Assembly (NCBI GenBank): GCA_008632985.1
Contig: QPGO01000189.1
Coordinates: forward strand, 62,001-105,128
Origin: Psammoneis japonica
Lineage: Eukaryota
Reading direction: 5' to 3'
DNA: 43,128 nucleotides
The notes beneath the pieces are model-generated. The model worked only from the letters and a program-made list of their open reading frames with translations. It was not told the DNA's origin and ran no database searches. Made by a program: the position numbers and the translations under genes. This document shows, one piece after another, positions 23,161 to 34,504 of this stretch. Each line of letters begins with the position of its first letter. Within the stretch, counting starts at the first letter, position 1.

Positions 23161-26100
23161 ATGATGACACAGCACACCATTTGGCTGTCTCAAGCATGTC
23201 TTCTGCTGCACCTTTGTGAAAGGTCTAGAAGCACACTGTCCGTGTCAGCATCTGTCCACAATTCTGGACAAAGCCTCTTTGTGCAGCATGTCTGTTTCCT
23301 CCCATTCCTTGCTTTGCATCAAACACAAATGTGATGCTCAGAAATGCCATTTCTTTGACATGGTCTCTCACCTTGATGACATCTCTGCCAATCTTGTTTT
23401 TGTTGTTGACTGCACCCACATGCCCAGCTTGGTCTGTGTCTCTGCCAAGCCAGCACAGCTCTCATTGTTTTTGTGTTGTGTGTTTGCAAACATGCGTTGT
23501 GATGCTGCTTTGCATCATTGCAAGCTGGCCTGCCCTTTGTGTGGTCTTTTGACCTGAAAAAAAGGTGTTTCCTGTGTTGTTGTGATGTTGTGCTGCCAAC
23601 TCATGAAAGAACTGATCCACCACACCAAAAAAAAACCAAAAACTAATTTTAAGTGCTGTTGCACCTTTGCCCAGCAACACCGGTGCCAGCTGACCCACAC
23701 TTCCAGCACACCCTGCAAGGGGTGGTGCAGCAGAAGATCGTGTGATCAGTCGGTCACCGCGCCACTTTGAAGCGACGCACCAGAGACAAGAGGTCACGGA
23801 GAAATTGCACAGGAATGAGATCATTGCTTTCTTTTGGAGAGGATTCAATGCACCCAAACTGCCACAGCAAAGGTCAATTGCATCAAGCAGATGATTCAAA
23901 GTCAATGCAAACTCTGGGAGAAAATCTTTGCTTCTGAGGGAGGGTCTTGTCTTCAACAAAGACTGACTGAATTTCAAAATTGCACGCACCAGAACAAAAG
24001 TGTGAAGTTCACTGCTCAGGACAGTGATCTTGGCAGGCCAGCAAGTAGAAAGGAGATGTTTGGGTCTTGCAGGGATGAAATGGGAAGCCTTGGTGATGTG
24101 ATGAGAAGGTTGTTGGAAGAAATGTCATTCTTGCGTGGAATTGACACTGAGTCTTGCACAGAAACAATGCCAATCCGTGCAGCAAATGGACGGTCATCAG
24201 GCAATGCCGATGGTTCATCCAAACAAACACTTGCAGCAGGCGCCACAACTGAGACAGTGCTTTCACCACATGAGGTGAAGAACTTGAGCAGCCAGCAGGA
24301 GTGAAAGAAATTGTTGGGGGCTTTTGGGCATGGAAGGAAGTTGATCGCATCGAAGATGCAATGATCGTTGGTGGACATTTCGGAAGCTTGTAGAATTTGC
24401 ACTGGATTCTGTGTAGAAGTTGTGCCAAATCCGCAAAAAATTGCCAAATTGGACAACATGCATGCAAGCCACAAGGCGTCAATGCCAGCCTTTTTCCACT
24501 GAAAATTGTTGCACATCATGGAGAGAAATGATGGTGCACCAATGGCAGAAGGGGCCAAAAGGTTTTGGGGGGACCCAGCAAAATGCCATCTGAAAAGGGC
24601 AACATCAGCACAAGAGCACGCGTAGAAACACACACAGGGGCTGCTGGTGGGTGCTCACACAGAAAAGCAGGGCCCCAAAGAACTGACAACACCACTTGTT
24701 GCAGTCGCTGCCAACAAACTGCACATTTTACCCAAGACAGACAAGCAACCCTCCATGTCCATGACCCTGGAATCTGCAAGACACATCTGAGTTAATCTGC
24801 ACTCCAGAAAGTGATGAATGAAGCAATCAATGCCAAAGAAGACATGATCTTCATCATGGTTGGGACCCACCACCTCCACCTCTGACAAGGACCCAAAATG
24901 CAATGCCAACACCTTTGACAAAGATGACAACAATTCCACCAATGAGGGCAAAAAGCCCTCCTCTGATGGTGCACGCCTGCAGGAACACATGAAACATTTG
25001 CTGAAACACTTGCCAAGCATGTGGCAGGTCCCAAGCTCTGCAAAAATGCACTCAACCATGTCACAGAGAAAATTCTGACCAACAAGACCTGCCACAATCC
25101 ACACCTTCTACCCCACCCACTGGATGACTGCACAGTGCCAAGGAGTGCTTTGAATGCAAACATGAAGGACCCAACATCCTTTTCAACACCCTCATTCCCC
25201 ACAGCACTGGACACATCATGCACTGTGAAGACAGCAGCGAGCAAGTGCATCATCCTCATGGATGATGCCCTCTGCACAAACACCATCAAGTGGTGTGCAA
25301 AATCATTCCTGCAACAATGTGTCACGTGCAACAAAATCTCACCTCTGGACTTGCCTTGGGCAACAACAAAGATGATGATTTGCCCCTCCACATGTTCATC
25401 CAGCTCATCCAGATGAAAGCTGCAATCTGCCAATGCCTGCAAGAAAATGATGTCTTCCCATCTGACTCCATGTTTCCAGATGTCATGGTGCACCAATGTT
25501 CTAGAGACAGGTGCACCACCCTGAAGATGACAATCTTTGATTTCCATCTCTTTCTATTTTCTTTCTTTGTGACCACCCGGGGACTTTTTTCTTCTAATCA
25601 GCAACTGGATTGCTCATCAGGGGAGGGTGACAGCCAACTGAGTCATGAGTTGTGTGTGCCAGCAACACACCCCAGTCATGTGTCCCAGTCACACACCCAG
25701 TGGATGGATGTCCAGACATCTGGATGGCAGAGGATCTCATCAGATTTCTCTCTGCTCACTTTCTTTCTGACTGGTGCCATTGTGTCATCACAGTCCCAGT
25801 GCACACTGGATTGCACCAGCAGACAGCAATCTGTGCCAGCAGCAACTCCATGATCTTTGTGCTGTGCTGCAATTTGTCAGAAGAAATGGCCTCCTCTTTG
25901 CCACCAGTGGAGTTTTCAGAATCACTGAAAGAAGGGTCTGGTGCCTCTTCCTCTGTGCTGCTGTTCTTGAACTGAGAAAGGGAGTCATCTTGATGGTGCA
26001 CAGGAGAGTTCTCCACTGCTGATCCCACAGCACATCCATTCCTCACCTGTGGGTCAATGAGCAAAAGCCCCTCTTCATTTGTTGATGCCAGTGTCTTTAG

Positions 26101-27689
26101 AAACACCTTCCATGTGGTCTGATGCTGTGCATCGTCTTCAGGCTGCAGCCATGAAAGCAAAATTTTCAGATGCATCTGTGCTGCAATGGAAAAGCACCTT
26201 GGGGGACACACAAATCTCATCCAATCAACATCAGACTTTGCCAAAGTGAGAAAAAGTTGACTGGGTGTGAAGCTCACACAGAAGTCTTGCAAAAAGGACA
26301 AAAAAAAACCCTGCAAAACAAGTCACTTTGCACAACAGACCAAGTGGATTTGTGATTGCCTTGCTCTGGGTGTAAAAAGTTCCCAAAACAGAAAGATCTG
26401 CTGCCAAATCAAGTGCAACTGTTGAGATTTGAGCAGGACAATGTGGGACAGTCAAGGCCATTGTTGCACTTGAGTCAAGATCTGAAAGACAAAACAATTT
26501 GGTTGTGGGGCAACAGCCATGTGCAGGCCAAACCAAAATGGGGGCAACAAATGAAAAGATCAACACAGCAAAAACAAGTGCACACATGCAGTTTAATCAC
26601 AGATTGGCTGATGCAATGAATCTAAGAGTGCACTGACTGGGCAAAAGGGCCAAATGATGGCCTGTGGCTCATGCACCCTTTCTTGCCTCTCTGATGTGGT
26701 GAAGGGTGGGGTGGTTTTGTGTGGAGGGGAGGAGAGAGAAAGTTCTTGTTCCAACGGGAAACACCACAGAAGGAAGGGGGGGTGTTGAGGGGAGGGTGTC
26801 AAGCTGTTTCAGAAAAGAGGCATGATTGGAGTCATCTTGAGGTGAGTGGCTGGCAGACACTGGCTGTGAGTTGGCAGAGGAAAAGTGAGGGTGGGGTGCT
26901 TGTCAGCAATTTGGGGTGTAAAGAGGCAGAGGAATCAGGCGCTCAAGTTTCATTTTCTGGTGGCAATGGCAGCATGGGTGTGGTGGGTTGTGCTGTTGGA
27001 AGAAGGAATCAGGGATGGGTTGGAGGTGGGAGGCTGCAGTGCTTGTGCACTGATGCAAGGCGATTGCAGAAGAGGTGAGAACATGGCTCGAAGGGGTGTG
27101 TTGGGGGTGTGAAAGTTGGAAGGAACAGAGCCCTCACAAGGGCAAGACAAAGAGTCAGTGCCCCCCAAAGGTCAGCAGAGGTGCTTGAGAGCTCCACTTT
27201 TGGATGACTGGGAGGAGGGAGTTGTGGGGTCATGGTTCAACGTGACAGCCTGGTGACACCCCAGCCGTTGGTGTGAGGAGGGCGGGCAGCACAGTGGAGA
27301 AGAGCCAAAGCGACAGTTTGCTGGCGGCCATCACGCTTGGAGAACACAAGGTCCATGTCCTCATCAGAAGGTGCAGGAGTGGTGGGACCAAGAGCAGTGT
27401 GAGAGGAGGTGTAGGATGCATCAGCTTCAGTGTTGGTTTTCGGAGTGAACAAGCCCATCTGCGCGGGGAACAGTTAGCGTTTTCCCCGCGCGGCCGAGCG
27501 CCGAGCGAGCGAATCAGAAAAAGAGGCAATTCGAAAAAAAAGTGAAGGATGGCACTCCATGATCGAAGTTTGTTCACTTGAAGCACCAAGCAACCAGTCT
27601 TACTGAGATTAACCAGTCAATCGCTCATCTTATCGACTTAGGGTCTTGGGGTGAAGGCTTCTTACGACGCTTTTGGAGCTCTATTTAGG

Positions 27690-28355
27690 ATGAGACGATC
27701 GCGGGATGTATACAACAACAGCCATGATGAGTTTGGAACGGCACGTTGGCCACAAAATACAGGCGTCGACGAACCCCAACCGAAACGTCTGCGCATCAAT
27801 AAGGCAGAAAATAGCACCACTGAATCGTTTCAATCATTAAATAATGGAACGGAGTTGACAGAATATCAGCTTCCGGATCAAGTGTTAGAATATCCGAGTG
27901 CAACTGCTCTGGACGGACCACCTCGCCTATATAAACGTCAACGTATCACCATGGCTGACGGCAAACCGCTTCCATCATTATCAAAAACCTTCGAACCTAA
28001 AAAGTATCAGTCTTTGGATGAAGTTATTGTTGTTGATTCTGAATCAGAAGAGGACGATAGCGACGAAGAAAAGACTTTGTTCACAGAGGAGGAAAAAGCA
28101 CGCCATTCCTCCATGATGCAATTGGTAATGGGAACTACGCGAAAGAATCAGGATCCAGTCGATCGTCGGTTGGAGGAAATGATTCGTGAGAGTAGAAGAC
28201 AAGCTGAGAGGTATCAATGCGAAAGCAATATCCTCTTGTTTGGTTCTGCTGGAAATGATTCTTCAACTCGGAGAGACACACAAGTTCATTCGCTTGCTTC
28301 GCACGACGACGAATCAAGCGATGACATGTCGACAACCCCCATGGACTTAGACTAA
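27690..28355 (+). CDS. Hypothetical protein (acidic/basic, probably nuclear)
   Basis: Intact ORF from MRRSRD with normal dinucleotide usage; PKRLRI and KRQRI basic motifs; DPVDRRLEEMIRESRR helix. Confidence 0.6.
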   Translation: MRRSRDVYNNSHDEFGTARWPQNTGVDEPQPKRLRINKAENSTTESFQSLNNGTELTEYQLPDQVLEYPSATALDGPPRLYKRQRITMADGKPLPSLSKTFEPKKYQSLDEVIVVDSESEEDDSDEEKTLFTEEEKARHSSMMQLVMGTTRKNQDPVDRRLEEMIRESRRQAERYQCESNILLFGSAGNDSSTRRDTQVHSLASHDDESSDDMSTTPMDLD

Positions 28356-29102
28356 GAGTTGTTGATTCATCTATGAAAGATACTGTGTCACAATTCGGTA
28401 TGTTTCAAGAGCCGTTGAATCCAGTTTCCGCGGTCTTGCTTATCATATTATAGTCTCCGCGGTCTTGCCTATCACATAAACTCGATTCGTTTTCTCTCAA
28501 CATGCAACCTTGCTCTTTTCCTGCTGTTTCATAGCATCGCGCATCGAGCTCAAAGGTACCTTTTCAGAAAGGTGTCTTGCTTCCTCAGAAGTGCTTTCAA
28601 GCAACGCCCCGAAACGCGCGCCAAATGGGAATTGGTATGGGAGTCGAGAGCACACAACACAATTTTTGCTCTTCAACCGTGACAGCCTCGAGTTGACAGA
28701 GTGTCACTAATGTAGCATTTTCTGTTGCATCCGTTGCCCAATCTGTGGCATCAAAAAAGAGAAAAGGTGCCGCTCCGATGGAACGTTGGGTTCGGTCGGG
28801 GTTCGAATTGCCGTTATGAATTGGGCCACGTAGAGTCCTACGTAGGATTGTACCGGACGGATGGAAGCTTCCCTCTCGGACACGGCTACGTGGAAATGTA
28901 CTGAAGCTTGCGTAGAAATTCACAAATTTGAAACTCACGGAACAAAACGGTGCCGATACCGTCGTCCACACCAACGGACTTCTTGTTCCAGCGATCCCAT
29001 GCCGGAACGTTGCCATCACCACCACATACACCACTTACCGTTTCGGAGCATACTTATTGTCCCTTCCCTTGTATCTACTATTCGCTCTCTCTCTCTCTTG
29101 CC

Positions 29103-29782
29103 ATGTTTATCAAGACGCGTGCCCAAGCCGGTCAGAACGACATCGGCACTACTACTGCTACTAAGGTTGTCATTTCGCCCATCAAGAAAAAGAGGAGGAT
29201 GGTGAAAAACACCGGTCGCTGGGAAAAGCACGAACGAATGGCCTTTCTTCGTGGCTATCGCGAATTCGGAAAGGGCAAATGGAAGCAAATTGGCAGTTTG
29301 ATTCCATCTCGGTACGTGGACCTGTGTTTTTTGTTGTGTTGCCAATGACTCTTGTACATCGATTTCTAACGGCCTGATTCACTATTGCAAACGTGCGGCT
29401 TTGATACAGGACCACGATTCAAGTCAAGACGCACGCTCAAGTTGTTTTGAAGCGTATGGAAATGGGCGAAGACGTCTTTGAAGAGTTGGATCTGTACCTC
29501 CAAGAAGCGAGAGACGACGACATCATGCCTTTTGGAAGCAGCGGCTCTGAATCAAGAGACGACGTCATGGGCGACGAGTTGGTCAAGGACTCTTCGGCAT
29601 CCACCACTAATGATGGTCAAAGCTGGAAGACCGAGAGCGAAGACTTTGACGCGGCAATGGCGTTGACGATTATGCGTTGCGGCGTCATGTCCGCGGGTAT
29701 TCGCGATAACGATGCGTTGATGCACGACGCCGAACCGAGCCCATTCCGTGCGGACCAGCCTCTTCATTTTGCCATGGTTTGA
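29103..29782 (+). CDS. Single-repeat MYB (SHAQKYF-class) transcription factor; intron 29312-29409
   Basis: NTGRWEKHERMAFLRGYREFGKGKWKQIGSLIPSR spliced (GTACGT..ACAG) to TTIQVKTHAQ. Start codon choice uncertain. Confidence 0.85.
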
Positions 29783-30057
29783 TTCAATGGTTGTTGACTT
29801 GGCATGGGTTTCAGTCAGGGTTTCAGAGGTAAATACGTAATGAACAATTGTAGTGGATGACAAGGATTCGCGCTTTAGAAGCGATCAAGACGGTAATCGT
29901 TGGACGATATCGACTAAATCAAGTCCAGATTTACTTTAAGATTAGTTTTCGTTTTTATTGACCGGCTGTACCGCACGTTGTGTTTATTGAACGTGAATTG
30001 TTTATAAGAGTTGTTACATTTTTTGTATCGATAGAGAGGAGAAACTCTTGTATCATT

Positions 30058-32452
30058 CTATGCTGTAACCGATCCGGGCAAGTAGGTCTCGCTGTACTGT
30101 TCAATTGCATCGGCACCGACCCGGTGGCAAAAGTCGCCAAACGACTCAAACTGCTGTCGCTGTTGGATGAACATGGCGAGAATGGGTTCAATGGTTGCCT
30201 CCATGTCGTCGACCTTCATCTTGGCCTTGTACGGGAAGGCGGTCCTTGTTAACACGGGACTGCCGCCAAGCCACACTTGATAGTTCTTGGGACCATCGCC
30301 CACAAATGCTAATTCCGCCATGTAGGGTCGTGCACATCCGTTTGGACAACCCGTCATTCGGATCAAGATTTCTTCATCGTTCAGGTTCATCTTGGTCAAG
30401 ACGGCGCGAATGCGTTCAAGGTATGAAGGCATGATACGTTCCGCCTCGGTCTGAGCAAGGCCGCACAGGGGAAGAGCTGGACAAGCCATGGCCAACCTGT
30501 TGAGAGGGTCAACCTCTTCGATAGGGAGCACGCCATGTTCACGCAAGACAGCCTCGATTCCCTCCTTGTCCTTGGGGTCAACGTCCCGGAAAATGATGGA
30601 CTGTGTTGGACTGAGGATCGAGTGCAAGTTGTACTTGTCAACAAGGACGCGAAGCGCAGACTTGAGGCGTAAGTCACCGTCGTCCTTAACACGGCCATTG
30701 TCAATGTGCTGTCCGTAAAAGAGCTTTCCGTCTCCCTGGTCCCACCAACCCATCCAATCGTTATATTTCCACTCGGCAATTGGCCTCCATGGCTGGATCT
30801 TCTTTCCAAAGTAACTTTCAACAAGCGCTCGGAAGTTGTCAATGCCAAGGGTATGAACAAGGTACTTCATACGAGCATTGGCACGAACATCTCGGTTTCC
30901 GTGGTCACGCTGACTCGCAAGGATACTCTTCATCAGTTCCATAATATCTTCCTTGGGAACAAAGCCCAAATGATCAGCGGCACGAGCAAATGTATTTTCC
31001 TTGTTGTGGGTGCGACCCATGCCTCCTCCAACCATGACATTGAAGCCTTCAAGTTCCCCAGTCTCGTCGTTGGCAATGACAACGACACCAATATCATTGG
31101 TGTAAATATCGAGGGAGTTATCTCCCGGAACGGTAACTCCAACCTTGAACTTTCGTGGAAGGTATCGATCACCGTAAAGCGGTTCTTTTTGATCCGGCAA
31201 AATAATTCCTCGGCCAGAATCGTACAACATTGCCTCATCGACGTGATGTTGTTCCACCTCCTTACTCCAAGTTTCCACCGAAGCGGCCTTTTCACCGTCC
31301 AACCAAATTTCAGAAAATGCGGGAGTCATTGGACGGAAGAGCTGAGCAAACACTTTGGACCATTCACGGGCATACTTGTAAGATGGCGTATCGAAAGGGG
31401 CCGGGGTCGTCATTACATTTCGACTAACATCTCCACAAGCACCGACGGTTGACGACCCAATGTTCATAATGCTGCTAATGACGGTCTTAAGGTTTCCTTT
31501 GAGAATGCCGTGCATCTGGAAGCATTGGCGAGTGGTGGCACGAAGATCCCCTTGTCCGTGTTTGGCAGAGAGGTCGTCCAACAGCCGATAGAGTTCGGGA
31601 GGGAGCTCCCCTGCCGGCTGCTTAAGTCGAAGCATAAACTGATAGTCCTTCACCTTCCCTCTAAGCTCGCGGTTGTTCTGCATGTACGATCCATGATATT
31701 TGAGAATCTGATAAGCATCTTTGGAGATCCCAATTTCTTCTGTTTGTAATTGCTGAGTTAAGAGTTAGAGGGGAAAGACTCGTGAGATTGCGCCGACAAC
31801 AAGGATAGGAGGCAGAATAAGATCAACATCTACAATAGGAAAACGAATCTGTCAAAGCCCACACCGATCAGAGTTCACCCCAAAATGTCCACTGGCTTAT
31901 GGGACGGGGCCTTTCATGTTTGTCTGCCTGTATCGATCAGACGGGGAAAGAATCACTTCATCATCTCGAAAGTGGGGTTGCGACTCGAAAAAATGTGAGG
32001 AGAAAAAAGCCTCGCTTCGTATGGTTCTACGTGTACCTACGTACGAAGAGCCTGAGCCATTCAAAGAAAGAAAAATCGGCTCGTCTCCACCAATCAAAAT
32101 GCCCAATACACGTCATCAAGACATTTACTTTTAACGAACCAAAGAGTGGTGTCGTTAAATAAAGATATCCTATGACATCATGATTGAAGATCATGTACTT
32201 GGCATGACGAAACATCAAGAGCGCCAAAGAGATGATGACCATGGCGAATCTACGTCTTACCTCTCGAAGCGGATGAACAAGATAGTCAGAGTCAATTTTA
32301 AGTTGTTCGATTTTCGCAAGCTTCTTCGTCTTGGGCTTCTCAAGAACCATGGAGAGAGAGGACCCATTCTTTGTTCGAGGAAGAAATGATGGTGCAACAA
32401 AAGCAGAAGCTGATGCAATCACAAAAGTGGTTGCAATGGCAGTGAACTTCAT
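30058..32452 (-). CDS. SiR: Ferredoxin-dependent sulfite reductase, plastid-targeted; intron 31753-32260
   Basis: ASAFVAP presequence; QILKYHGSYMQ, LRATTRQCFQMHG, GACGDVSRNV, YLPRKFK, siroheme/4Fe-4S cysteines MACPALPLCG and MTGCPNGC; GTAAGA..CTCAG intron keeps frame. Confidence 0.95.
31864..31969 (-). ncRNA. Intronic C/D-box snoRNA, snR190/SNORD12-like guide
   Basis: C box ATGATGA (31958-31964), D' box CTGA (31937-31940) preceded by TTCTTTCCCCG complementary to conserved LSU rRNA CGGGGAAAGAA, terminal D box CTGA (31868-31871), short CGA/TCG terminal stem; same strand as the host gene. Confidence 0.75.
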
Positions 32453-33705
32453 CTTCCCTCGATTGCTTATGACGCCAAAATAGCAGAGCTTGAAAGGCGT
32501 CAATTGAGAAAGAGGTGTCAACACACGTAAAAACGAAGAAAGTTGTGTTGTTTCAGCTCGAGCGAAAATCGATGGTGCTTGTGTGGCGATAGAAAGACCC
32601 AAAATGGGCGGCGTAGGATTCAGTACAATTTCCACGTGAAGATACAAGGCAAAACAGAATGCCTACCACTTTCTGGCGCCAACCGCGCCTCTGGATCTTT
32701 TCGTGGAAAGCTACGAGTTCCGGTACTTGTCGCGAGCGTCACGCGGTTTTCAGTCGAAGGGTTCGACATGGGCGAAAAGTCTTTTTTGATCCTCATGTTC
32801 ACATCGGCACAAGTTTCGTGTTCCATCGTCTTCTGAAAAGAGAGGCAACCATAAAATGAGACAAAAGAAACTTGAAACTGGTACCTGAGAAAATTGTCAG
32901 TTGCTACGAACGTTAGCGAGTGGACGAAAGAGTAATCAAATGCCGTGCACTAGCTACTACCAGCGTTTCGTCCAGCTATGGTAGTGCTATGGTGCATGAT
33001 GACGTGACACTACAACACCAGTTGCGTTGTGAAAAGGGGACGTATAACGGGTGACAGACGAAGGAGATAAGTTTTCATCTCAAGTAAGAAAAGCAATCCA
33101 TGCAAAAGAGGATAATTTAAGAACTTCAACTAGAGATTGCATAAGCGGTGCTGGGCCTGAGTTAGACCAGTAAGGACGAGGCAGATGCTACATCGAGAAA
33201 AGGAAAGCCACAAAGCATGCATATCAACCTTCTCATGCGCCACACAAGGGTTGTGTCCTACAACTACCTTTCGTGTCTTCTTTTTCAAGCGACGGTATCT
33301 GTCATTGCCACTCTCTGGACTCTCTACTAATAGTTCTTGTTCATGAGAGCTATATCTGCAATCAAAGCAACCAGCACCAAACAAATCCCTGAAACAAAGC
33401 ATAATCTGTACACGAATAGAGCTAGACTACGGTCGGTTCGTCAAAATCTATGCGCTATAACCAATTATGTGAACACCTAACCACATCAAGACCACTTCAA
33501 AGTTTGTGACCCAGACGCGACCAAAGCTCGCAGATACGCGACGCAATAAAGAGAGACTTTCCAATAAGTATGCAGTCTGAAAACCAATTTCGTCCTGGAT
33601 TCTGCTCTACTACCAAACAGAATCTTCGAACTCCATCAACCCAATTCCAGAACTCCGCACATCTCACTGAAAAATCCACTCTTCACCAACGTCACAACCG
33701 CAAAT

Positions 33706-33957
33706 TTACGAATCTTTTGCGCCAACCTTATCAACGTTGGCAGTAAGCTCGGCAATCTTGGCATCCAGGCGGTCCTCGGCTTCAGCTTCAAGCTTCTTGA
33801 TTTCGGCCTCGAAGTCGGTATCCTTCCATTCTGATCCGTCTGCGGGCTTCCAGGCCTCGGCGTTGAGAGCAGTCTTTGGTGCAACACCGAATGGTGCTGG
33901 GGCAAAGGCAGAAGCAGAGGCCACAAGGGCGGCAACAACAATGACTTGCTTGAACAT
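33706..33957 (-). CDS. Small plastid-targeted coiled-coil protein of unknown function
   Basis: Canonical ASAFAP bipartite presequence followed by an acidic amphipathic helix (FEAEIKKLEAEAEDRLDAKIAEL). Confidence 0.85.
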   Translation of the reverse strand: MFKQVIVVAALVASASAFAPAPFGVAPKTALNAEAWKPADGSEWKDTDFEAEIKKLEAEAEDRLDAKIAELTANVDKVGAKDS

Positions 33958-34504
33958 GGTGGATGCGACTGGTTACAAACGAATGCAATGCAAAGCTAAC
34001 GAACAACAACAACGCGATGGAAGTCAACGTCTTCGCGGTGAATGCGCATACGTGTTCGACTTCTCTCGTACTGAAGGCGTAGATTTCTACGACGTCGCAA
34101 TGCACGGTGAATACGTACGTCAGGTTCTGAGCTCTCGTTTGAAATCGAACGGTTTTGGAGGGAATTTCAACAACCCACGGTCATGACAAAGCATGCGACT
34201 ATGACAACATTCCGTATTCCATTTGTGTTTCAGCTACGCAACGAGAGTTGGCTTTCTCTTTCTCTATCTCCCTCTCTCTAGAGCTAGCTCTGGCTTTCTC
34301 CCTTCTAGCCTACGAGCAAGGTCACCTTTATATATTGCTCTAATCTACTCTAGAATCAAGCTGGATAGTAGACGATTGACTAAGCCTAAGCTATCCCGAA
34401 TCCTTGTCCTTACCTTGCCCAACATTCCACACGCTCTACCGAACGCTACACACTGTACTACTAGAAGTTATACCTATTAATTCTTGGGAATAGAAGCTGC
34501 ATCA

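Larger units (their letters stand above)
13690..27460. mobile_element. Repeat-derived block, heavily eroded (near-total loss of TpA and CpG, excess TpG/CpA)
   Basis: Contains a recognisable Copia element, a tandem repeat and decayed ORFs; dinucleotide composition changes at both edges; ORFs are Cys/His-rich and almost Tyr-free. Confidence 0.85.

Noticed and set aside
16750..27300. Cys-rich ORFs as metallothionein-like or zinc-finger genes, or an alternative genetic code
   Set aside because: They overlap in all six frames, lack Tyr and follow from TG/CA enrichment; host genes use the standard code.
13690..27460. Fungal-type RIP or ADAR-type RNA editing as the explanation
   Set aside because: RIP increases TpA; RNA editing would be strand-specific and could not make the two LTRs differ reciprocally.
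28423..28476. 29-bp-period direct repeat (TCCGCGGTCTTGC..TATCA x2)
   Set aside because: Only two copies downstream of a gene; likely a local duplication with no evidence of function.
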